DNA from: Macrostomum lignano
Taxonomy: Eukaryota
Length of the DNA stretch: 64,000 nt
Assembly (NCBI GenBank): GCA_002269645.1
Contig: NIVC01000029.1
Coordinates: 806,001 to 870,000 of the forward strand
Reading direction: 5' to 3'
Shown here piece after piece: positions 1 through 28,510 of this stretch. Both the position numbers and the translations under genes were made by a program. The notes beneath the pieces were generated by a model. It was given only the letters and a program-made list of their open reading frames with translations. It did no database searches and was not told where the DNA came from. The stretch's first letter is position 1. Each line of letters begins with the position of its first letter.

Positions 1-225
1 GTCACTGATATTACAGTCACTGTCACTGATATTACAGTCACTGTCACTGATATTACAGTCACTGTCACTGATATTACAGTCACTGTCACTGATATTACAG
101 TCACTGTCACTGATATTACAGTCACTGTCACTGAATACAGTCACTACAGTCACTGTCACTGATATTACAGTCACTGTCACTGATATTACAGTCACTGTCA
201 CTGATATTACAGTCACTGTCACTGC
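1..225. repeat. 21-bp minisatellite (GTCACTGTCACTGATATTACA)n, runs off the 5' edge
   Basis: About 10 near-perfect tandem units read directly. Confidence 0.95.
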
Positions 226-1105
226 TAGCAGTCATTGAAGACACTAAAAGAAAATGTATCTTATATTTATGTCCAAATAATAAATCATACTTTATAGAAT
301 GAATCAGGCCCTAGAAAAACCATGGTTGGGCTAAAAATAGATTCAACAAGTTGCTGACACCAACATTACAAGAAAACATCAACAATCAAATTATTTCTAA
401 GGATAATTTCACTAAAATTCAAATCTCAAAGAATATAGCTATTGAATAATTAATGAGCTGTATCCGATGACGTCACTCATACCAAGGCAACAATGTGAAA
501 GGGAAAAGTGACAGTCAGTAGACTATTTAAGCTGGTTGAATAAATTTGATGCATGCAAATATGATTTGTCTCGAGTGGACACTTTAGAGACGTAGAAGGG
601 AAGGATAGATGGAGCCATGTTATGTAATATCACTTTTACAGCTGGCTGCATATTAAGCCTGCTCATAAATAAAGCTTACATTCAGGTGACAAAGCTTTAC
701 TACTAAAATAGTGATGCATATAGCGAAGCAAGGGAAGCATTTTTGATTGCGTCAGACATTTTAGTGAGTGCCAGGGTTTTTATATAAATTTAGCGTATCG
801 ATACGTGTGTGCGAAAGGGAGGGTTTTGTCTCTAGACATGGTTTTTCGAAGCGTTAGAATCCTGGATGGACAGTTATTTAAGCTTTGGTCAATCATTTAC
901 ATGCCGCTGCCGCCCATCCCCTCGGGGGGGGGGGAGTTGAGGATGGGGAAGGTCTCTAAGACGATGCAGTCATGTCTGATTGCTCTGCCGCAATGAACGA
1001 ACATCTGTCAGGGTAAAAATATAGATTTCTGACTTTCACTCTCTGTAGGAATTTGGAGGCTGATTTGTAGATTCTTAATGGGACCTTTAGGGTCGGGTGA
1101 GTTGG

Positions 1106-2010
1106 AGAGAAGAGAGGAGAGAAAGGTAGAGGAGAGGAGAGGAGAGGAGAGGAGAGGATAGAAGAGAAGAAAAGAGAAGAGAAGAAGAGAGAAGAGGAGA
1201 CAAGAGGAGAAGAGAGAGGAGAAGATAATGAGAGAGAAGGAGAGAAGAGAAGGAGAGTAGAGAAGAAGAGGGGAGAGAAGAGAAGGGGATGAGAGGAAAG
1301 GAGAGGAGAGGAGAGGAGAGGAGAGGAGAGGAGAGGAGAGGAGAGGAGAGGAGAAGAGAGGAGAGGAGAGGAGAGGAGAGGAGAGGAGAGGAGAGAAGAG
1401 AAGAGAAGAGAAGGAGAGAAGAGAAGGGGATGAGAGGAGAGGAGAGGAGAGGAGAGGAGAGGAGAGGAGAGGAGAGAAGAGAAGAGAAGAGAAGGAGAGA
1501 AGAGAAGGGGATGAGAGGAGAGGAGAGGAGAGGAGAGGAGAGGAGAGAAGGAGAGAGTAGAGGAGAGGAGAGAAGGAGAGAGTAGAGGAGAGGAGAGGAG
1601 AGGAGAGAAGGAGAGAGGAGAGGAGAGGAGAGGAGAGGAGAGGAGAGGAGAGGAGAGGAGAGGAGAGGAGAGGAGAGAAGAGAAGAGAAGAGAAGGAGAG
1701 AAGAGAAGGGGATGAGAGGAGAGGAGAGGAGAGGAGAGGAGAGGAGAGGAGAGAAGGAGAGAGTAGAGGAGAGGAGAGAAGGAGAGAGTAGAGGAGAGGA
1801 GAGGAGAGGAGAGAAGGAGAGAGGAGAGGAGAGGAGAGTAGAGGAGAGGAGAGGAGAGGAGAGGAGAGGAGAGAGGAGAGGAGAGGAGAGGAGAGGAGAG
1901 AAGAGAAGGAGAGAAGGAGAGAAGGAGAGAAGAGAAGGAGAGAGGAGAGGAGAGGATAGTAGAGAAGAAGAGAAGAGAGAAGAGAAGGAGAGAGGTGAGG
2001 AGAGGACTGA
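1106..2010. repeat. Polypurine (GGAGA)n microsatellite
   Basis: Almost pure A/G tract of GAGGA/GAGAA pentamers. The ORFs 1289-1585 and 1712-2014 are translations of it. Confidence 0.95.
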
Positions 2011-2739
2011 CTAGATGAGAATAGATTTAGCGGCGATTACAACAAACATCATATAAACATCAAAATAGCATATAATTGCAAAATACGAGTGCTGTGCATT
2101 CAAATCGCTCACATTAGCTACCACTAAAGTTAAAAACAGTATTGTCTTACCCAAAAGCTAGTTTACGAGTAACCCAGTTTCTCTTCAGCTTCTACGAAAA
2201 AAAATAGAATAGAAGAGAGTGTGAGAACACTTGGTGAGACACCAGCCAGCCAACACACTGTAGCAGCGCGCAGACAAAATGAAAGATGAAGCGTTGCCAT
2301 GCGCAGACTCGAGAGCCTGTGTGAGCTTATCATCTCCTTGGGCTCCCCCAGTTCGGGCAGATCAGGGATTCGCTTTTGCCCGCTAAGCCGATTTATTGTG
2401 CCCGGCTTTGGCTGAGCGCATGTGAGCAATGCCTGCTTCTTTGGCATGGCAGGGATTTGCCAGCGCTGAACAGAGGGCAACGGAAGCTGGCAACTCGCGA
2501 GGATCATGACCAAAAACTTTCTCTCCCGGGCAGCAGAAATTGGTCCGAAGCGGGGAGACAGATTTCACCAGCTGTAAAGTGTAACTGCTCCGGTTCACGA
2601 AAGTAGCGTAAGGGGAGACGGGGTGAAATGGGAAGCGAACTTTGAAATGATTGAGAGGAGTTGTGATCTCAAATGTGCTTCTCAAATGGCATTCTGCGAT
2701 AGAATGATGAAGTGGTGGCAGAGATTAAATACAGGGACC

Positions 2740-3067
<328 letters not shown>

Positions 3068-3866
3068 GGTCAGTGCACTCTTGAATGGGGATAAATCGCT
3101 CCTGAGATCCCCGCAGCCACTTGTCCAGCAGCCCTCTCGCGCACTGAGTTTCCAAGTGGCTTGTCACCAATGAGGCGGAGATGTAGAGCCAGGCACAGCG
3201 GGGGGTCATCGACCTCTCACTCGCTCTTCAACCTCTTTGTGCGGCAAGCTCGAAACGCCGATCTGATCACGTGACCTCTCAGTATTCGCCGCAGGGAGGT
3301 CGCCGATAGCCGCCCTCAGTCCAAGCCGCACAAGAGGGTTGGATATATTTTCGCCCCGGCTCCATCCTTCTCTCCTCTCTCAGTCCCTCAGTCTCTCTTT
3401 TTCTCCTTATGGGGTCGATTAGACATTTTTTAATATGTATAGAGAAAGAAAGAAAGAAAGAAAAGGGAGCTGAGTTGGACTGCCTTCTGCTCGAACTGCT
3501 TCCCCTCCCAGTCCCTGTCGCTCTTTTCCAGTCCTCTCAATTGAAATCCCGGTTTCTCTGTTCCTCAAGCATCCGCATCAAGGTGAAGCGAGTAATAAAG
3601 GTACGACCAGACCCGATCGATAGGTCGATGGTTCGACTTTCTTCTTTTTTCTGTTCAAATTTATAATGTCGAGTCTTTCTTTAGCCCGAGGCCAAGTCGC
3701 TGCTCGTTATTGGGGTCGCTATTGAGCTGGCAAGCATTTGGGTGGGGGGGGGGCACGCTGGCATAGATCAGTGTCCCCCCCTGGGGGATGTGATGACCTT
3801 CTTGAACTTCGCAGGTGGGAATACTGTGTATGGGATATTCGTCTTAGTCGTAGTTTCCTGGAATCA

Positions 3867-4455
3867 GTCCTAGTGTCTGTCCTAGTGTCTGTCCTAGTGT
3901 CTGTTTTAGTGTCTGTCCTAGTGCCTGTCCTAGTGTCTGTTTTAGTGTCTGTCCTAGTGTCTGTCCTAGTGTCTGTTTTAGTGCCTGTCCTAGTGTCTGT
4001 CCTAGTGTCTGTCCTAGTGTCTGTCCTAGTGCCTGTCCTAGTGTCTGTCCTAGTGCCTGTCCTAGTGTCTGTCCTAGTATCTGTCCTAGTGTCTGTCCTA
4101 GTGCCTGTCCTAGTGTCTGTCATAGTGTCTGTCCTAGTGTCTGTCCTAATGCCTGTCCTAGTGTCTGTCCTAGTGTCTGTCCTAGTGTCTGTCCTAATGC
4201 CTGTCCTAGTGTCTGTCCTAGTGCCTGTCCTAGTGTCTGTCCTAGTGTCTGTCCTAGTGCCTGTCCTAGTGTCTGTCCTAGTGTCTGTCCTAGTGTCCGT
4301 CCAAGTGTCTGTCCTAATGCCTGTCCTAGTGTCTGTCCTAGTGTCTGTCCTAGTGTCTGTCCTAATGCCTGTCCTAGTGTCTGTCCTAGTGTCTGTTTTA
4401 GTGTCTGTCCTAGTGTCTCTCTTAGTGTCTGTCTTAGTGTCTGTTTTAGTGTCTG
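3867..4455. repeat. 12-bp minisatellite (GTGTCTGTCCTA)n
   Basis: Direct reading; gives the VSVL-repeat pseudo-ORF. Confidence 0.95.
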
Positions 4456-5100
4456 TCTGTAAATGAGACAGTGTCAGTCTGTAAATGAAACAGTGTCTGT
4501 CTGTAAATGAGACAGTGTCTTTTTGTCAATGAGACAGTGTCCGTCTGTTCAATGAGACAGTGTCTGTCTGTAAATGAGACAGTGTCTGTCTGTAAATGAG
4601 ACAGTGTCTGTCTGTAAATGAGACAGTGCCTGTCTGTAAATGAGACAGTGCCTGTCTGTCAATGAGACAGTGCCTGTCTGTCAATGAGACAGTGTCTGTC
4701 TGTCAATGAAACAGTGTCTGTCTGTAAATGAGACAGTGTCTTTTTGTCAATGAGACAGTGTCTGTCTGTCAATGAGACAGTGTCTGTCTGTAAATGAGAC
4801 AGTGTCTGTCTGTAAATGAGACAGTGCCTGTCTGTAAATGAGACAGTGCCTGTCTGTCAATGAGACAGTGTCTGTCTGTCAATGAGACAGTGTCTGTCTG
4901 TCAATGAGACAGTGTCTGTCTGTCAATGAGACAGTGTCTGTCTGTCAATGAGACAGTGTCTGTCTGTAAATGAGACAGTGTCTCTGTCAATGAGACAGTG
5001 CCTGTCTGTCAATGAGACAGTGTCTGTCTGTCTATGAGACAGTGTCTCTCTGTCTGTCAATGAGACAGTGTCTGTCTGTCAATGAGACAGTGCCTGTCTC
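4450..5100. repeat. 22-bp minisatellite (GTGTCTGTCTGTAAATGAGACA)n
   Basis: Direct reading; abuts the 12-mer array and shares GTGTCTGTC with it. Confidence 0.95.
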
Positions 5101-6272
5101 AGTGTCTCAGCCTCTGCCTGTCCAGTGAGTCCCTCCGCCATTCAAAATCGATCATCCTAGCTCCCCCTGACTCAGCCCCAGCCGCTGCTCGAGTTTCTCC
5201 CAAGAAGAGGAAGAATTACGCAACCCAAAGACAGGACTAAAAAGGCAGGAAAATTGGCTCCAACAACCCGAATCGCTCCGCCCCAGCCGATTCACTTGGC
5301 TGCAGCGGCCAATGAGTGGGTCTCGGCGGTGTCAAATGACACTCCACCAGCACAGGAGGTTGTCTGGTCGGCCAACGATCCAAAATCATCATTGACTAAA
5401 TGGCGTAGTGATGCCTATTTTTCTTCATTTTGGTTGCATGCGGGCTTGGTCAAGCGGGCTTGCATGAGTCATTGAAGCCTAAACCAATTTCTGTCTTCTT
5501 CTATATCTCTCATGGCCAGCTCTATCAGAATACAAACAAACAGCCATGCTTCATTAGCATATGCATTTTAGAAGTTTTTTTTCGACTCTGACACCTTTCA
5601 CTAATTGTAGCGGGCACTGAAGTCGCTGAAAGTCAGGACCACTTTTCGCCCTGTGTGAGCGTGTGTTATGAGTGCAAATTCTGTTAAAGCCCCAACGAAA
5701 AAGTTTCTTTAAGAAACTATTTATCTGTCTTATATTCATCAGTCAAAAAATTAAATCTAGAAGAAGCGTCAGCGAAGCAGTTCATATGAAAATTTGGTTT
5801 AGTAGACAGTCTATATAAATCGATGCTTTTGGTCCATTTCAGCTTCGACCGAGATCCCCTTGTTCAACTGATTGGATAAAAATAATAGCCGAAGCAGTTA
5901 GGGAGGGTGTGAGAACCGATTGCGTAATCCTGGGGGTTTCGCTTCTCGCCAAGCGAATGTGATGAAGAATGAAATATACAGAGGTGAGCAGTCTCAAACT
6001 CGGGGAATTTCGAAACTCCGCACAAGAGGGTTGATTGATGCCATCAATGCAGCATGGAGGCAGACTCGAACTGTTCGAAAGATGGCTCTATGGGAACTGA
6101 GCACACTCGATGACTGAGGATGCTGGATGCGTCAGTCACGCTCCATTTCATTGTGCAGTGAGCAGTGCGACATCTCGTGACCTCGGCCTCGATGTTGCCT
6201 TGCTCGGGTTTGAGGGTGAATGCATGGCTGGGTCATTTTTTCTTGCAACGGCTTAGTTGGCTTTTTTAGATA

Positions 6273-7051
6273 AGTCCTGTCCTGTCTTGTCCTGTCCCGT
6301 CCTATCCTGTCCTTTCCTGTCCTGTCCTGTCCTGTCCTGTCCTGTCCTGTCCTGTCCTGTCCTGTCCTGTCCTTTCCTGTCCTGTCCTGTCCTGTCCTGT
6401 CCTGTCCTGTCCTGTCCTGTCCTGTCCTGTCCCGTCCTATCCTGTCCTTTCCTGTCCTGTCCTGTCTTGTCCTATCCTGTCCTATCCTGTACTGTCCTGT
6501 CCTGTCCTGTCCTGTCCTGTCCTGTCCTGTCCTGTCCTGTCCTGTCCTTTCCTGTCCTGTCCTGTCCTGTCCTGTCCTGTCTTGTCCTATCCTGTCCTTT
6601 CCTGTCCTGTCCTGTCCTGTCCTGTCCTGTCCTTTCCTGTCCTGTCCTGTCCTGTCCTGTCCTGTCCTGTCCTGTCCTGTCCTTTCCTGTCCTGTCCTGT
6701 CCTGTCCTGTCCTGTCCTGTCCTTTCCTGTCCTGTCCTGTCCTGTCCTATCCTGTCCTTTCCTGTCCTGTCCTGTCCTGTCCTGTCCTGTCCTATCCTGT
6801 CCTGTCCTGTCCTGTCCTGTCCTGTCCTGTCCTGTCCTGTCCTGTCCTGTCCTGTCCTGTCCTGTCCTGTCCTGTCCTGTCCTGTCCTGTCTTGTACTGT
6901 ACTGTCTTGGATCCTGCCCTGTCCTGTCCTGTCCTGTCCTGTCCTGTCCTGTCCTGTCCTATCCTGTCCTTTCCTGTCCTGTCCTGTCCTGTCCTGTCCT
7001 GTCCTGTCCTGTCCTGTCCTGCCCTGTCCTGTCCTGTCCTGTCCTGTCCTG
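6273..7051. repeat. (TCCTG)n pentanucleotide microsatellite
   Basis: Direct reading. Confidence 0.98.
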
Positions 7052-7473
7052 TCCAAATCTCACCTCTACTTTAGTCTACTGTACTCTACTCTCTCTCCCG
7101 GTGTTTCTATTACACCTTTCTGCCACTGTTTAATCTGTGTATCATCTTCTCGATTGTTGTTTTTACTCAACCCCAAATTCTACCAAAGCTGTCTATTTAT
7201 AATAGATATTTTTAATATCCAAAACTATATGAAAAACCAATACTTTTTTCACAACAAACGCTAGCACCGCTTCGTATTAACTGGGCGTGGTCTGAGTAAG
7301 CCGGTGACACATCAATCACTCGACTGAGCTGGGTCGAGATTTTTTTAGAAATTAGAAAACCAGAAAATTAATTTCGGCCTGCAGGAGTTTACGGTATTGG
7401 GCTTGGCGAGTTGGCTGGGAGGTCAGGTTGGGAGTAGGTTTTAGTTTAGTGATGATATAAAGGTAAAGTTGGG

Positions 7474-8148
7474 TGTTAGACAGGGTGAGATGAAGAAGTT
7501 ATGAGAGTTAGACAGGGGTGAGATGAAGGGAGTGAGTAGGTGTTAGACAGGGTGAGATGAAGGGAGTGAGTAGGTGTTAGACAGGGGTGAGATGAAGGGA
7601 GTGAGTAGGTGTTAGACAGGGTGAGATGAAGGGAGTGAGTAGGTGTTAGACAGGGTGAGATGAGGGGAGAGAGCAGGTGTTAGACAGGGTGAGATGAGGG
7701 GAGAGAGCAGGTGTTAGACAGGGTGAGATGAAGGGAGTGAGTAGGTGTTAGACAGGGGTGAGATAAAGGGAGTGAGTAGGTGTTAGACAGGGTGAGATGA
7801 GGGGAGAGAGCAGGTGTTAGACAGGATGAGATGAAGGGAGTGAGTAGGTGTTAGACAGGGTGAGATGAGGGGAGAGAGCAGGTGTTAGACAGGGTGAGAT
7901 GAGGGGAGAGAGCAGGTGTTAGACAGGGTGAGATGAAGGGAGTGAGTAGGTGTTAGACAGGGGTGAGATAAAGGGAGTGAGTAGGTGTTAGACAGGGTGA
8001 GATGAGGGGAGAGAGCAGGTGTTAGACAGGATGAGATGAAGGGAGTGAGTAGGTGTTAGACAGGGGTGAGATAAAGGGAGTGAGTAGGTGTTAGACAGGG
8101 TGAGATGAGGGGAGAGAGCAGGTGTTAGACAGGATGAGATGAAGGGAG
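7474..8148. repeat. 34-35-bp minisatellite (GTGTTAGACAGGGTGAGATGAAGGGAGTGAGTAG)n
   Basis: About 19 units with two alternating variants (AAGGGAGTGAGTAG / AGGGGAGAGAGCAG). Confidence 0.93.
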
Positions 8149-8724
8149 AGAGTTGGTTCTTCGGCACGATAAGATGAAGGGAAATATGAATGCTAGACAA
8201 GGTCACATGAAGGGAGAGATACATTACAGCAGCTGAGACTAAAAGTGAGATATTGGTGTGATATACGTAAGCCTGATAGATGCAGATCGATCATGAAACA
8301 TCTTTTTACCCTGAAGACTCATAGGTGAACTCTTTGAGCAGCTTTTAGAAGCTTTGAGAAATTCAAAAAAGGCTTGAATCGTACAAAAAAGATGAATAGA
8401 CTGCAAAGTACCGATGTGGAAGATGACAGTGCATTAGCTTATTGACTAATTCTATGAGAATGAAAGCCCTAAAGTCAGTCAGTCAATCATTTGCATTGCT
8501 AGATACAATACACTGAGATAGTCACTGCTTTTGTGCCACTAATGGCTAGTGCTTGAAAACTGAAACTGAGTGGGTGAATTTTGTCTTTTTCCAGTTTCTG
8601 GTAGTCAAATCGGATATGTGCGTCCTGTTTGTCTTTGAATTGTTGATTTGAAGTGGATAAACAGGTTGTAAACAGGCCGTATTTGTTCGCTACTGGCATT
8701 GGTGACTGAAAGCAGTCTTGTGAA

Positions 8725-9305
8725 GGGAGGAGAGGAGAGGAGATGAGAGGAGAGGAGGGGAGAGAAGAGGAGATAAATGGAGAGGGAGCATGAGATAAGA
8801 AGAGAGTGGAGGGGAGGACAGGAGAGAAGAGGAGATTAGAAGAGATAAGACAAGAGGAGATGATATGATATGCGATGAAAGGAGAGGAGAGGAGAGGAGA
8901 GGAGAGGAGAAGGAGATGAATGGAGAGAAGAGGAGAGGAGTGGAGTAGAGATGAGATGTGATGAGAGGAGGTTAGAAGAGAAGAGATGAGAGGAGAGGAG
9001 AGGAGAGAAGAGGAGATGAGATTAGAGGAGGGGAGAAGAGAGGGAGATGAATCGAGAGGAGAGGATAAGATGAGTAGAGAGGGGGAGGGGAGGACAGGAC
9101 AGGAGAGGAGAGGAGAGGAGAGGAGATTAGAGAAGAGGAGATTAGAGGAGAGAAGAGATGAGAGGAGAGGAGAGGAGAGAAGAGGAGATGAGATTAAAGG
9201 AGGGGAGAAGAGAGGGAGATGAATCGAGAGGAGAGGATAAGATGAGTAGAGAGGGGGAGGGGAGGACAGGACAGGAGAGGAGAGGAGAGGAGAGGAGATT
9301 AGAGG
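8725..9305. repeat. Degenerate GA-rich repeat with an internal 172-bp duplication
   Basis: The ORFs at 8986 and 9158 begin with nearly identical translations 172 nt apart. Confidence 0.85.
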
Positions 9306-10139
9306 AGACTCAGAGAACTGAGCAGGATTGCAAGAACAACATGGAAGTCCAAGCAGTGAAAGTCAGCAGAGTTGAATGGTCGCGCTGGCAAATGAAAAAA
9401 ACATGTTCGTTAAAGGACCGAAAAAAGAGAAATCATCATGAGATGGAGCTCCCCAGAGAGAGGGAAATTTTTCTGGACTTGGGAGGTGCAGAAAATTCCT
9501 CGAGTGGGGCTGCGAACTCACAGAGGCCTGAAAAGAAGAATCTTGTTTAGCCCGGCAACCTTGATGAAGATAATGAGTGGAAATAGCCGGAGCGGATGAG
9601 AGTCAGTCTCCAAGGAGCGGAAGAAGGCAGAAAGAAGTTTGCGGCAACAGCGCGCGGGGTATGGCAAATGAAAAATCAATTCTTACAGGCTGGCTCTGCA
9701 GGCGGGTTCTCAATCACGGACTAAAGTTGTTTAGGCAGCTGACTGCCTGCTGCTCCTGGTTGGTGGTCAATCGGCTTCTGCTACCCCTGTCTCTCTTTTT
9801 TTCTCTCTCTCTCTTTGCTCTCCAACGATTTGCTTCAACGCTGTTACTGGGGCTGGATCATTAGGGTGAGTCATTAGATAGAGAATGCAGAAGTTGATGT
9901 GGGGGAGAGTTGAGTGTGTTTGTGTGCGTTTGTGTGCTTTAAGTCTTTTTTGTCTGGTTGCTAAGAGTATATTCTCCTAGTTCGAGGGACACAGTCACAC
10001 AACTGTTTCGAACCAGTTATTTGTATTTTCTTTTATTAGTCTTTTGAAAGGCGTTTCATGTTAGATATAAGGTTGCGCATGATAGAGGGGTTGTTTCGAA
10101 TATTAGACAGTGTGTTATATACATTCTTAAGGATGTTAT

Positions 10140-10940
10140 ACGTGTTAGACAGGGTGTTATGCACGTTAGACAGGGTGTTATACACGTTACACGTTAGACA
10201 GGGTGTTATGCACGTTAGACAGGGTGTTATACACGTTACACGTTAGACAGGGTGTTATGCACGTTAGACAGGGTGTTATACATTTTAGACAGGGTGTTAT
10301 GCATGTTCGCCAGGGTGTTAAGCACGTTAGACAGGGTGTTATGCACGTTAGACAGGGTGTTAAGCACGTTAGACAGGGTGTTATACATGTTAGACAGGGT
10401 GTTATGCATGTTCGCCAGGGTGTTAAGCACGTTAGACAGGGTGTTATGCATGTTCGACAGGGTGTTCTGCATGTTCGACAGAGTATTCTGCATGATAGAC
10501 AGGATGTTATACATGTTCGACAGGGTGTTATGCACATTAGACAGGGTGTTATACACGTTAGACAGGGTGTTATACATGTTAGACAGGGTGTTAAGCACGT
10601 TAGACAGGGTTTTATACACGTTACACGTTAGACAGGGTGTTATACACGTTACACGTTAGACAGGGTATTATGCACGTTAGACAGGGTGTCATACATGTTA
10701 GACAGGGTGTTATGCACGTTAGACAGGGTGTTATACACGTTAGACAGGGTGTTATACATGTTAGACAGGGTGTTAAGTACGTTAGACAGGGTTTTATACA
10801 CGTTACACGTTAGACAGGGTATTAAACATGTTAGACAGGGTGTTATGCACGTTAGACAGGGTGTTATACACGTTAGACAGGGTGTTAGACATGTTTGACA
10901 GGGTGTTAGACATGTTAGACAGGGTGTTAGACATGTTAGA
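10140..10940. repeat. 21-bp minisatellite (GTTAGACAGGGTGTTATGCAC)n with 28-bp variants
   Basis: Direct reading; ends ~70 nt before the exon at 11009. Confidence 0.95.
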
Positions 10941-11008
10941 CGGAGGATTAAAACTTTCTATACCGACTATAAATGTTTTCAAAATTTCAAACCCCACAAC
11001 CCCACCAG

Positions 11009-25781
<14,773 letters not shown>

Positions 25782-25845
25782 TGCTGGCGAGTGGCACCGG
25801 CCCAGAGCTTCGGAGCTTTTCCACCGATTTCGAATTTAAAGACAC

Positions 25846-26833
25846 ACGGACAGACACAATGACAGACAGGCAGACTCTCTAAGACACACACACGGACAGA
25901 CACAATGACAGACAGGCAGACTCTCTAAGACACACACACGGACAGACACAATGACAGACAGGCAGACTCTCTAAGACAAACACATGGACAGACACAATGA
26001 CAGGCAGGCAGACTCTCTAAGACAAACACATGGACAGACACAATGACAGGCAGGCAGACTCTCTAAGACAAACACATGGACAGACACAATGACAGACAGG
26101 CAGACTCTCTAAGACACACACATGGACAGACACAATGACAGGCAGGCAGACTCTCTAAGACAAACACATGGACAGACACAATGACAGACAGGCAGACTCT
26201 CTAAGACACATGGACAGACACAATGACAGGCAGGCAGACTCTCTAAGACAAACACATGGACAGACACAATGACAGACAGGCAGACTCTCTAAGACACATG
26301 GACAGACACAATGACAGACAGGCAGACTCTCTAAGACACATGGACAGACACAATGACAGACAGGCAGACTCTCTAAGACACACACATGGACAGACACAGT
26401 GACAGACAGGCAGACTCTCTAAGACACATGGGCAGACACAATGACAGACAGGCAGACTCTCTAAGACACATGGACAGACACAATGACAGACAGGCAGACT
26501 CTCTAAGACACACACATGGACAGACACAGTGACAGACAGGCAGACTCTCTAAGACACATGGGCAGACACAATGACAGACAGGCAGACTCTCTAAGACACA
26601 TGGACAGACACAATGACAGACAGGCAGACTCTCTAAGACACACACATGGACAGACACAGTGACAGACAGACAGACTCTCTAAGACACATGGACGGACACA
26701 ATGACAGACAGGCAGACTCTCTAAGACACATGGACAGACACAGTGACAGACAGACAGACTCTCTAAGACACATGGACGGACACAATGACAGACAGGCAGA
26801 CTCTCTAAGACACATGGGCAGACACAATCACAG
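25846..26833. repeat. 42-46-bp minisatellite (GACAGACACAATGACAGACAGGCAGACTCTCTAAGACACACAT)n
   Basis: Direct reading; starts ~65 nt after the nephrin-like stop codon. Confidence 0.95.
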
Positions 26834-27751
26834 ACAATCTGCATTTCTGCAATTCTCACCAAACCATCCAATGGCTGCTTATATTGACAGTACATGTAAC
26901 CGCATCAAACGTGTTAAATGCAGTTGGTAGGCAACACCAACTAAGTATTTAAACAAGGCGAGCTATATGCTAAATTCAGACTTGGCTATAATTCAGTCAG
27001 TACTGACGCAGTATTGCATCACTATAAGAGCAAGTTTTTACTCGAGATTCTGGCTAGATTTTCCCTCACAGATTCTGAGTACCCATTATCTTGAAAACAT
27101 TATTGTCCAGTCCAACACAGAAAACGCGCTCATTTAAACACCTTTTTTCCTACATGCAATAGTTTATTGTGATTCAAAGAGCAAAAAAACATATCATTGA
27201 CTTGAATCAATTACCCTCTCATCTCCGTTGCTTTTCTTGTATAATTAAGTTTTAATAACGAATGAAATTTGACACTTTTTTTGCTTTTAATTGTAGCTCA
27301 TATCGTAGTATGTTTAATTGTTTTTGTTTTATTCTGCGATTAGATGCATTATAATTATGCTTAGATAAATTTATAGCCGGCTGCATTATGTTGAAATTAG
27401 TTTGTAGCCTATTATAATATTTAATTTGTTTCATAACTGTTTTTTGCTCCTGCTGACATGATTTCAGCAGGCTTCTCCGGTTGCGCCGTGGACACCTGAA
27501 ATGGAAAAACGTGCCACGTGCCACAGGGCGAGAAAAAGAGCTAGATGACAGTGGAAAGGAGAGAAAGTAAGAGGAGAGGTAAAGTGGAGATCAGAGAAGA
27601 GATGAGATGAGATATGGGATCAGAGAAGAGAATAGAGAGAATAGGGGAAAGAAAAGAGAAGAGAATTTGAGCGGGCCGGATTGCTATTGTGAAGTTTCAA
27701 AGGACCCGAGGGCCGTATAGAGAGGGCTTCGCGGGCTAGATCGTTGGCAAC

Positions 27752-27760
27752 TATATAAAT
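27752..27760 (+). promoter_or_regulatory. Possible TATA box for the membrane-protein gene
   Basis: CTATATAAAT ~200 nt upstream of the candidate first coding exon. Motif match only. Confidence 0.3.
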
Positions 27761-28001
27761 GCCTTACCAGCCTCTTGCTCATTTCTGAGAAATCGAATGT
27801 TCAGCGTCCTACTATACTTTCTTTGTTCACGGTTTGCGCCCATTCGACTAAGCTAACGACGGGCGAAATATGTATGACCTGTTTTGATTGTTATATGACT
27901 AAAATTTCCATATTTCTTGGTGTTTAATCTCTTGAAACTTCATTAACAGTGACAATGACAAGCCGCTTTTTAGACTTGGTGAGTATGTCCAGACGTTCAC
28001 C

Positions 28002-28510
28002 AGATTGCCGTGGGAATAGATTGTCATGGGAATTGATTGTCATGGGAATAGATTGTCATGGGAATAGATTGTCATGGGAATAGATTGCCATGAGAATAGA
28101 TTTTCATGAGAATAGATTGTCATGGGAATAGATTGTCATGGGAATATATTGTCATGGGAATAGATTGTCATGGGAATAGACTGTCATGGGAATAGATTGT
28201 CATGGGAATAGATTGTCATGAGAATAGATTTTCATGAGAATAGATTGTCATGGGAATAGATTATCATGGGAATAGATTGTCATGGGAATAGATTGTCACG
28301 GGAATAGATTGTCATGGGAATAGATTGTCATGGGAATAGATTGTCATAGGAATAGATTGTCATGGAAATAGATTGTCATGGGAATAGATTATCATGGGAA
28401 TAGATTGTCATGGGAATAGATTGTCATGGGAATAGATTGTCATGAGAATAGATTGTCATGTGAATAGATTGTCATGGGAATAGATTGTCATAGGAATAAA
28501 TTTTCATGGG
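28002..28510. repeat. Second array of the 16-bp (ATTGTCATGGGAATAG)n minisatellite, ~31 units
   Basis: Same monomer and orientation as 20905-22780. Confidence 0.95.

Noticed and set aside
3690-3870. Short hydrophobic frame (LLVIGVAIELASIW...YGIFVLVVV) resembling a membrane-protein exon
   Set aside because: No convincing splice sites or start codon and no recognisable family; probably chance.
9577-9870. ORF with a hydrophobic stretch and a strong AGG|GTGAGT donor as the nephrin-like signal-peptide exon
   Set aside because: The phase-1 frame needed to join exon 11009 has TAG immediately before the donor, and the hydrophobicity comes from a CT microsatellite. The 5' end of the gene remains unidentified.
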